Part shown: positions 49,632 through 56,664 of the stretch, piece after piece
Position numbering within the stretch: position 1 is the first letter of the stretch
Layout of the letters: the number at the start of each line of letters is the position of its first letter
IMG/VR virus record: IMGVR_UViG_3300034023_001061
Reading direction: 5' to 3' (one strand)
DNA from: an uncultured virus (IMG/VR IMGVR_UViG_3300034023_001061)
Taxonomy: Duplodnaviria > Heunggongvirae > Uroviricota > Caudoviricetes
DNA: 56,664 nt
Notes under the pieces: model-generated
The model's input: the letters and a program-made list of their open reading frames with translations, nothing else
Databases searched by the model: none
What the model was told of the DNA's origin: nothing
Translations under genes and position numbers: made by a program

Positions 49632-49636
49632 CGTGC

Positions 49637-49924
49637 TCACCAGTAAACGTGGACGCAAAAGGCGTCGCTGAGAACGTCGTGCAGTTCGTTGAGAAGCGGG
49701 CCGTCGTAAGGGCTCAAGAAGTCGTCTTCGTTTTCCTTGCGGTACTTGCGATCGAGACGGACGAGCTCCCTGTTCTTCGCGCCGTAGTGCTTGAGCACTT
49801 CTCGCAGAGACTCGTCGAGTAACGATCCTGCTTCGGCACCGCGTCGGCGTTCGAGAAACGCGACGAGCGCGTGAGCGTCGTAGTACGACTCGGCCTTCGG
49901 CGGCGTTATCGTCCGATCGCTCAC
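49637..49924 (-). CDS. Hypothetical protein
   Basis: GTGA coupled to upstream gene. Confidence 0.55.
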   Translation of the reverse strand: MSDRTITPPKAESYYDAHALVAFLERRRGAEAGSLLDESLREVLKHYGAKNRELVRLDRKYRKENEDDFLSPYDGPLLNELHDVLSDAFCVHVYW

Positions 49925-50385
49925 GAGGCCACCGCCACCGTGAGGGCGCCGATGATCGAGTCGAGTTCCGCCCGGTCGGCGGGCGACGTGATCGTCGGCG
50001 AGAGGCGCAGCGCGACGAGGCGCTCGACTTGCTCGCGGACGGCCTGCGCGGCAGTCGGCGAGAGAGGCTCGACGTGGCGCACGAACGGCGGTTGACGCGG
50101 TTGCGACGGAGCACCGTACACCGGGATGGTCACGAGTTTTCGATCCAGCGGAGGGATCGTGTTGAAGGGCTTGCTTGTCACGCCCTTGCGACGGCCCGCG
50201 CCCCGCGATTATTCACGACGCCGTGCGATTCTCTCCGCCCGCCGTTAGCAGCGCGAGCCCGCACCGGAGCACGTCGGCCCGCGTACCGACGGCGCCCGAA
50301 ACGCAGTTGCGCCACCGCTCGCATCGCGCGTCGCACGGGCGCCACCCCTCGCGGAACACCGCCATCGTCACTCGCAGCGCGAGGC

Positions 50386-51072
50386 TCACCGGCACCTCGC
50401 CACGACGATCGAGCAGTTGTCGTCGCCGCCCATCGCCATCGCTTCGTTGTGCGCATCGACGGCGAAACGTTCGATATCGCCGCCCGACGCATCCCACAGC
50501 GACGCGATCGTTTCGTCGTCGATCATGCCGTGCAGCCCGTCGGAGCATAGCATCACGGCGTCACCGGGGAGCGTGGCGATGCGCGCGATCGTCGGTTCCC
50601 ACGCGACGCGACAACCGCCACCGAGGCATCGCGTGAGCATGCTCTGCACCGCGTGGTCGCGCGTGAGTGAGATCGCGTTTCCGCGCCGCAGAAGGTACGC
50701 CCGCGAGTCGCCCGTGTGACCCACGACGACGCATCGCTCTTCGACGCGCACCGCCACGAGCGTGCAGCCCGCATCATCGGGCACGAGCGCCACCGTGCGC
50801 TGCGCGAGTCGGAACGCCTCTTCGAGCACGCCCTCCGCACGTTGCGACCGCACGCGCTTCGCGTAGTCGAGGAACGTTCGCACCGCCGCCTCGGAGGCGA
50901 CTTCGCCGTGAGCGTGCCCGCCCATGCCGTCGGAGAGAACGAGAAGCTCTTCGCGGATGCCCACGCAGTCTTCGTTGTTCGTGCGCACGCGACCCACCCC
51001 CGTGAGCGCGACGGCGTTTGTCTCGCGGACGATTCTCGGAGCGGGCGCGACGGGCAGTCGCAGTTGTCTCAT
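50386..51072 (-). CDS. PP2C-family Ser/Thr phosphatase
   Basis: GRVRTNNED, SDGMGGH, GDSRAY, LTRDH, CSDGL, GGDDN. Confidence 0.95.
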   Translation of the reverse strand: MRQLRLPVAPAPRIVRETNAVALTGVGRVRTNNEDCVGIREELLVLSDGMGGHAHGEVASEAAVRTFLDYAKRVRSQRAEGVLEEAFRLAQRTVALVPDDAGCTLVAVRVEERCVVVGHTGDSRAYLLRRGNAISLTRDHAVQSMLTRCLGGGCRVAWEPTIARIATLPGDAVMLCSDGLHGMIDDETIASLWDASGGDIERFAVDAHNEAMAMGGDDNCSIVVARCR

Positions 51073-51095
51073 AATGGCGACCACGATAACACCGA

Positions 51096-51650
51096 TTATC
51101 GCGGCGCGCGAGTCACCCGATCGTACGCTTCGACGATCGCCGGGAAGTCGGCGCGGTACGTGCCCTCCGTGAGCAGTTGCTCGCGCGTGCTCCACACGGC
51201 CTCGCCTTCGGCGCCGCCACGCAGTCGTGCGCCGCTGGCGACCTCCGCAGCGAACACCGAGCAGCGGTGCCCGCCGATGCTCGCCACGAGCACGAGGCGC
51301 AGGTTGATCGCCTCGACGCCGCCCTCTTCGCGTGCCTCTCGCACCGCCGTCTCTTCGGGCGACTCGCCGGGTTCGGCCTTGCCGCCGAGGAGTTCCGGTT
51401 GCCCGTTGTGCTTGCGCGACTTGATGGTCGCGAAACGTCCGTTGCGCTCGATCAGCACGCACGACGAGAGCGTCGCCGGTTCGCACGGCGGCACGGGTTG
51501 ATCGTCGGCGCTGAATCGCGTTACTGCGTCGCGCGAGTAGACGTTGAACGTGCGGTACTTGCGCCCGTTGTCGAGGCGCTCCGCCCACCGTGCCAGCGCG
51601 CAGTTCGCGCATTGCCACACGCCACCGGAGCGTTTCCATGCGTGTCTCAC
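51096..51650 (-). CDS. Nudix hydrolase
   Basis: GGKAEPGESPEETAVREAREEGG Nudix box. Confidence 0.92.
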   Translation of the reverse strand: MRHAWKRSGGVWQCANCALARWAERLDNGRKYRTFNVYSRDAVTRFSADDQPVPPCEPATLSSCVLIERNGRFATIKSRKHNGQPELLGGKAEPGESPEETAVREAREEGGVEAINLRLVLVASIGGHRCSVFAAEVASGARLRGGAEGEAVWSTREQLLTEGTYRADFPAIVEAYDRVTRAPR

Positions 51651-52222
51651 GACGCCCCTCCGCGGGCCACGCCCTTGCGGACACGATCGGCCTCCGCTCG
51701 CATCTGTTCGTCGAGCCCGTGCGCCGTGAACTCGTGCATTTCCTCCTTCTGCGCGCTCACGAACTCGGCGTAGGCGGCGTGCGCCTTCGCGGCGCGCAGT
51801 TCCACTGCCGAACGTGCGATCGTGGCGTGGGCGTCGCAGACAAGCGGGATCGCATCGAGTTCCGTCGGGTTATGCACCCGCCAGTGCTTCGGGAGGTCGC
51901 CCGTGAGGAGCGCCGTCACGTCGACCGACGGACGGGTGAATTGCGCGTAAGGGAGCGGCGCGGTCGGTTCCGCGGAGCAGTACAGGCATCGGTCGGCCTG
52001 CGCGAGCGTCACGATCTCCTCGCGCCGTCGCTCGCGGACGGTGAGCGCCCGCTGCGGTGGCGGCACGGAGGGCTCCGTCGCCGTGGTCGCGTCGAGGCTC
52101 GGGAGCGCCGCCGTGGGGCGCGCAGTGGCCTTCGCGCGTCGTTGCCGCGCCCGCCATACCGCGTACACCGCCGCCACCGCTGCAAGCATCACGGCCAGAA
52201 GGCTAATGTCGTACTTGTTCAA
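51647..52222 (-). CDS. Membrane-anchored hypothetical protein with Cys motif
   Basis: N-terminal TM; CLYC...CDAH. Confidence 0.6.
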   Translation of the reverse strand: MNKYDISLLAVMLAAVAAVYAVWRARQRRAKATARPTAALPSLDATTATEPSVPPPQRALTVRERRREEIVTLAQADRCLYCSAEPTAPLPYAQFTRPSVDVTALLTGDLPKHWRVHNPTELDAIPLVCDAHATIARSAVELRAAKAHAAYAEFVSAQKEEMHEFTAHGLDEQMRAEADRVRKGVARGGAS

Positions 52223-52676
52223 GTTGCCTCTCGATTGCTGTTGCGATGCGCGTCACGCTGCGAACGTAGATCGCCGAACGTAGGCGCGCTCTACGATATC
52301 TACGCCCGCGAGGCACCGCGCATTCACCGAACTGGTAACGATTCAACGCCCGCGGTGTAGCGCGACAACGGCGCAGGGCCGACGCGAGCGACCGGGCGGC
52401 GCACGTCGCCTGTTGCCAGTCGTCGGTGCCGTACGGGTTGCACGCCGCCAGCGAAGCCCGCGCGTTGCGTAGCCGGTAGCCCGACTCGACGAACACGATC
52501 GCGTGCAGCGTGGCGCAACGTGTGACGCCCGCGTCGGAGCAAGCGTAGTCGACCATCTTCGCGCGCACGACGAACGTGTCGCGGGCCAGCGGGTCGTGCA
52601 GCGTGCGGGCGACGGAGGGGAACAGCGCCGAGAGCGCGAGGGCGACCGCGTGGGCGGTGGGGAGGGAGACGGTCAC
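52203..52676 (-). CDS. SLT-like lytic transglycosylase with N-terminal signal
   Basis: AIVFVESGY...ALNRY; class A promoter. Confidence 0.6.
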   Translation of the reverse strand: MTVSLPTAHAVALALSALFPSVARTLHDPLARDTFVVRAKMVDYACSDAGVTRCATLHAIVFVESGYRLRNARASLAACNPYGTDDWQQATCAARSLASALRRCRATPRALNRYQFGECAVPRGRRYRRARLRSAIYVRSVTRIATAIERQLEQVRH

Positions 52677-52707
52677 TCCGAGTAGACGCGAGTGACGGGG
52701 CGGGGAT

Positions 52708-53211
52708 TCAGCGGCGCGACTTCTTGGGCTTGCGGGCGACGCGCTTCTTGGGCGTGTTCGCTTCGAGCCACTCGTCGAGGTCCGAGTCGTTGCGAACGGA
52801 CGAACTGAGTCCGTACGCCTTGCCGTTGTAGCCGTCGAGCCAGAGGATCATGCCGCTCGCGGTGATGTAGGGCGCTTCGTCGTAGCTGCGACCTTCGCTG
52901 TCGAACACGTCGCGGAGGCGCTGCACGTCGGCCACGCTCTCGACGGAGTACGGCACGGAGAGCACGTCTCCGCCGTCGTACGAGCCGCCGTTGATCTGCC
53001 GGACCTTCGCCTTCTTCGCGACCGCTTCGGACGCCTTCTGTTCGAGCGCCATCACCATGCTCGTGAGGTCGTCCATGTGCGGACGCTTGTACTTCTTGAG
53101 CAGCCCCTTCGCGAACTTCTTCGCGTCGGCGTCGCGATCACCCTTGGCGTCGTCGTCGAAGTTGTCTTGCTCGAACGTGAAGTCGACCGTGCAAATCGCT
53201 CGTGTGAACAT
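52708..53211 (-). CDS. Hypothetical protein with basic C-terminal tail
   Basis: TTGACA-N18-TCCGAT-N6-ATG. Confidence 0.65.
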   Translation of the reverse strand: MFTRAICTVDFTFEQDNFDDDAKGDRDADAKKFAKGLLKKYKRPHMDDLTSMVMALEQKASEAVAKKAKVRQINGGSYDGGDVLSVPYSVESVADVQRLRDVFDSEGRSYDEAPYITASGMILWLDGYNGKAYGLSSSVRNDSDLDEWLEANTPKKRVARKPKKSRR

Positions 53212-53332
53212 ACCCGCATCGGAGCACGGGAGGGGGGGGGGTGTCAACGGCGAAAACGTCGCTACGCGGGGAGCGCGTGGCGGGGATTCGCGGCGCTTGC
53301 CCGTGCGCGGCGTGCTCGCGTAGAGTCGCACG

Positions 53333-53854
53333 ATGCTCACCCGCAAGCCCGCTCGCCGACGTTCGCTCCTCAACCCGGAGCCGACGATTCTCTACCCCGA
53401 CGGGATGCGCCCGGTGCGAGCCCCGTTCATCATCGGCGCCGAGTACAGTTTCGACAACTTCGTCGATGGCGTTTTCGTACTGAGGTTGGGGTATCGCGGG
53501 GCGGCGTTCGTGCTCGATCGTGCTGGCGCTACGCCGCAGACAGGCGCGGGGCCGGTGGGCATCCACGACGAGGCGGAGTTCTTCGCGATGAAGCCTCGCC
53601 TCGTTCGCGTAGACCGCCAGCGGATTGCATACGACGTGCAGAGCGTTTACACGCCGCTGCTCGACCCCGACGATGATCCTCGCGAGGCCGTGAGTCGCAG
53701 CGCCGAAATGTTCGCGCACATCACGGGCACGAAGAAGGTCTCGCTCGGTCGCACGAAGGCGTCGGTTGAAGCCGCGCGCAAGCAACTTCGGCGCGACGTT
53801 CGCGCCTTCGCCGAAGCGAACCGCATCGACCCGTACGAGGGCCGCGCCCTCTAG
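53333..53854 (+). CDS. Basic-tag protein (MLTRKPARRRSLLNP)
   Basis: TTGCCC-N18-TAGAGT-N6-ATG. Confidence 0.7.
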   Translation: MLTRKPARRRSLLNPEPTILYPDGMRPVRAPFIIGAEYSFDNFVDGVFVLRLGYRGAAFVLDRAGATPQTGAGPVGIHDEAEFFAMKPRLVRVDRQRIAYDVQSVYTPLLDPDDDPREAVSRSAEMFAHITGTKKVSLGRTKASVEAARKQLRRDVRAFAEANRIDPYEGRAL

Positions 53855-53882
53855 GCCGCGCCGACGCCGTGGATTCAGTGGT

Positions 53883-54503
53883 TCAGAATCCGGGGTCGAA
53901 ATCGTAGGCGAGCGCGAGACTGTACTCGCGGTGCTTGATGTCGAGCTTCATGCGCTTCGCCGCCGCTTCGATGGCCTTGCGGTCCTTCGGGTGTACTTCA
54001 TCCCACCGCAGCCCGCGGGAATGGTGCGCCGTTCCGCTTACGCGAGCCACGTTGCCGTACCGATCGTTCCCGAGTTTTCGGGCGAGCGCGCGGAGCTCGA
54101 TGAACTTCTCGTCGTCGAGCTTCGCCTTCGCCTCCTGCTTCGCCTTCGCGGCGAGCCCCGCGGGCGAACGGCAGTAGTCGCACGGGCCTGCCCAGTGCCC
54201 GGTGTCTTCGTTGTAGCCTGCGTCGCACTCACACGCGGTCGGAGCGGCCTTCGGCTCGGGCGCGAGAAGCGATTCGGGCGACGCGCCTACGGACGTCATA
54301 CGCATCGTACCGCCGCCGGATACGGCGTACCACGATCCGATTTTGTAACGCTCACCCATCGTCTTGCGCGCAAACTTGCGTGCGCCAGCGAGGGTCTTGA
54401 AGTGTCGCGTCGCACTGTACCCGTCCGACGACTTGAGATAGATGGTGATCTCGCCGGAGTTGCGAACCGAACGTCGGACTCGCGTCTTGCTTTTCTTGCT
54501 CAT
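53883..54503 (-). CDS. Basic-tag protein (MSKKSKTRVRRSVRNS)
   Basis: TTGTGC-N17-TATGAT-N8-ATG. Confidence 0.7.
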   Translation of the reverse strand: MSKKSKTRVRRSVRNSGEITIYLKSSDGYSATRHFKTLAGARKFARKTMGERYKIGSWYAVSGGGTMRMTSVGASPESLLAPEPKAAPTACECDAGYNEDTGHWAGPCDYCRSPAGLAAKAKQEAKAKLDDEKFIELRALARKLGNDRYGNVARVSGTAHHSRGLRWDEVHPKDRKAIEAAAKRMKLDIKHREYSLALAYDFDPGF

Positions 54504-55051
54504 GGGGTAGGATCATACCGGAGAGCGCGGGGCGGCACAACTTCGTTGTTGCTGCGCCTTCTCACCCATCGCTCCGCCACCACTTGCCGCCGTTGAACCG
54601 GAAACCGTTCGCTCGAAGCCACGACTTCTCGGCATCGGCGGTGTGCCGACCGAAGCGGTCTGCCATCCACCCGTACTCGTACTCAGAATGCGGAGGGTTG
54701 CCCGATAACACGACGCGTCGCAGTCGCTCCGTCGCGAGAGACGGCGGAGCGTCGGCGAAATACTCTCCGAACGTGGTGGAACTAATCGTTCTCACTCGCC
54801 GCGCGCCCGCGATCGTTCGAGTTCCGTCGCGGTCGCCGACACCAGCGCCGCGACGGCGGCGAGGGCGTCGTAGAGCATCGGGAGAGCCGCCGCGCGGCAC
54901 CCCGCGCCGTAACGCATTTCGGCCTCCGCAGCGGCGAGAAGGCGCCTCGCTTCGGCCAGCGCCGAAGCCTCGCGGTCGGTGAGTTGCCCGCTCACTTGCG
55001 GTTCCGCCATTGGGCGGTAGTCACGATTTGCCCGAGCGGTTGCGCCGCTAT

Positions 55052-56434
55052 TCACGGCGGAAGGGGAGCGGATTTTCGGACCGCGACGGCATCGCGCTTC
55101 TCCTCTTGCCACGCATATCGGTATCCGTCGGCGCGTTGCAACACGCCGCAGTGTTTCCAAATCACGTCGATCCTCTTGTCTTTAGCGCAAATGGCGAATT
55201 GACCATTCGCCCGCACGGCAACGCGCCCGACGTACGTTCCAGCGTACTTGCCTCGCGGCGGTGTAGCACGGACCATATCGCCAGTGCGGAATCCACGCAC
55301 GGACTTCTCGCGCATCTTCGGAACGCCGCGAGGGAAACCGTAGGCGTCCGAGTGTTGCCGTTGGTACGTGCCGCGCCCCGTGCTGTAAACGTAGAGCGTT
55401 TGCGTGTCGGCACCAATCACACCGCCGACGTTACCCGCGCACACGGCGTCGTTGGCGTGCGTCTTCGGAACGTTGAAACGGTGGCGGTTCCACTTCGTTC
55501 GCCCGCCACTTGACGCCTCGACGGGCACCCCGAGAGACCGCAGCGCGCGATCGAGCGCCCATCGGGTCGAGTTCACCGCCGCCGCGTCGCGCAGCGACTC
55601 CTTGAGTCCTGCGAGAATGCGCGCCGCGCGTTTCGGGTCACGTTGGAGAAACACCGCCAGTGGTTGCGCGCCCTTGCGCTGGTTGCAGGGAACGCAGGCG
55701 GGCACGAGGTTGCTCGGGCGACTGCTTCCGCCGCTCACCCGCGGCACGACGTGATCGAGGTTCAGCGCCACGTTCTCGGCGTCGCAGTAGGCGCACGAGC
55801 GACCCCACTTCTCCAACACCCACTCCCGAGTCTCGTAACCTGCGAGCGTGCCTTGCCGGTATTCCACGCCGCTGATCTCCGGGTTCTGCATCAACTGCGT
55901 GTCGAAACGCACCCGCTCCACGCTCACGGCGGCGACGGGATACCAGCGCATGAGACGACGAGTCCATGAGAGCGTCGTTTCGACGCGGTGGTTGAGAGAC
56001 GGTCGCAGCGTGCCCTTCGCGGGTCGGCGATTGCTGAAACGCGCCGGTCGGTAGCGAAGGTTTGCTAGGCGACGGCGCCTTCTGCTAGACGATCGCCTCT
56101 CCATCTGCCCGCGGATAACGTCGCCGCGGTGCGTGAGTTCCATCTTGAACAGGACGACGCGCGTCGGGCCGTCGCCTTCGCTGGCGGCGGGAACCTCGCG
56201 GACGACGGCGATGCCCGTCGTCTTGCTGCCGGGATCTTCGCAGACCCGGACGGGTTGCACGTCACCACCGACACGATCCTTGAGACGGATCACGAACGGC
56301 GTGTGATGCGCCACCACCGCACGCCCCGCACGGAGCAACTGGCGTGCTCGCGCGGGATGGCACGGCATCAGCGGAACGCCGCGCTTGTCCAGTACCGGAA
56401 CCCACGCTTCTTCGGAACGATTCTTCTCGATCAT
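55052..56434 (-). CDS. iscB: IscB RNA-guided endonuclease (IS200/IS605 OMEGA)
   Basis: PLMP; RuvC-I EDPGSKTTG; Arg-rich bridge helix; RuvC-II VERVRFD; HNH CAYC..DHVVP..N...C..CN; RuvC-III THANDA. Confidence 0.96.
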   Translation of the reverse strand: MIEKNRSEEAWVPVLDKRGVPLMPCHPARARQLLRAGRAVVAHHTPFVIRLKDRVGGDVQPVRVCEDPGSKTTGIAVVREVPAASEGDGPTRVVLFKMELTHRGDVIRGQMERRSSSRRRRRLANLRYRPARFSNRRPAKGTLRPSLNHRVETTLSWTRRLMRWYPVAAVSVERVRFDTQLMQNPEISGVEYRQGTLAGYETREWVLEKWGRSCAYCDAENVALNLDHVVPRVSGGSSRPSNLVPACVPCNQRKGAQPLAVFLQRDPKRAARILAGLKESLRDAAAVNSTRWALDRALRSLGVPVEASSGGRTKWNRHRFNVPKTHANDAVCAGNVGGVIGADTQTLYVYSTGRGTYQRQHSDAYGFPRGVPKMREKSVRGFRTGDMVRATPPRGKYAGTYVGRVAVRANGQFAICAKDKRIDVIWKHCGVLQRADGYRYAWQEEKRDAVAVRKSAPLPP

Positions 56435-56664
56435 TGGCGTTACCGCCTCAGTTGGGGCCTTGCGGCCTTGTCGTGACGGAACCGCGAGGCACCGCGGTTC
56501 GCTCCCCTCGTGAATGTCGATCGTCGCCCATGTGCGTACCCGTTTCTGTCTGACCCGACGTGACTACTGCACGCACTGCAAGTGGGTACGGACTGAGGAA
56601 GCATCCGTACGTTGCCCGAGGCAAGCGTTCCGATCGACGTAGCGAGGCTCGAACGGGTTGCCAA
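56435..56664 (-). ncRNA. omegaRNA (HEARO-like) scaffold; 5' guide lies beyond the window
   Basis: Directly upstream of iscB; CTACGT, GTACGGA-TGCTTCCTCAG-TCCGTAC hairpin, ACATT..GAGGGGAG, terminal hairpins. Confidence 0.8.

Larger units (their letters stand above)
55030..56664 (-). mobile_element. IS200/IS605-family IscB element (partial; no tnpA seen)
   Basis: iscB plus omegaRNA; CCGCCGTGAATAGCGG end hairpin over the stop codon. Confidence 0.65.

Noticed and set aside
1..56664. tRNA or rRNA genes; capsid, terminase, portal or integrase genes
   Set aside because: None recognised by eye; tRNAscan-SE and HMM searches were not run

Overview
High-GC segment of a large bacteriophage or provirus. 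No capsid, terminase or integrase gene lies inside the window, so virion type is undetermined. A Myxococcota-like host is inferred from the style of the ECF sigma factor and a small DAG-rich lipoprotein. Recognisable genes: an ECF sigma factor fused in frame to a ParB-like protein, two orphan receiver proteins and a PAS protein, two paralogous repeat-rich fibre proteins, an M15-like peptidase, an SLT-like enzyme, a UvrD-like helicase, three ADP-ribosyltransferase (ART)-like proteins, a kinase-like protein, a PP2C phosphatase, a metallophosphoesterase, a Nudix hydrolase, a degenerate ABC-type ATPase, L7/L12-like and RNAP alpha-CTD-like proteins, and an IscB with its upstream omegaRNA. Two window-wide patterns stand out. 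(1) About 15 unrelated proteins, including all three ARTs, the kinase and the helicase, carry a short Arg/Lys-rich tag centred on an Asn followed by a small residue (mostly [K/R]-N-G, or N-P) at the N-terminus, C-terminus or domain junctions. This is a candidate virion-packaging or processing signal for injected effectors. (2) Three fixed-spacing promoter-like motif classes sit mostly 4-10 nt from start codons (leaderless), and one class precedes most of the tagged genes and some structural genes. The left end is a cassette array in which conserved promoter/leader repeats flank swapped ORFs. All assignments are by-eye motif recognition; no searches were run.
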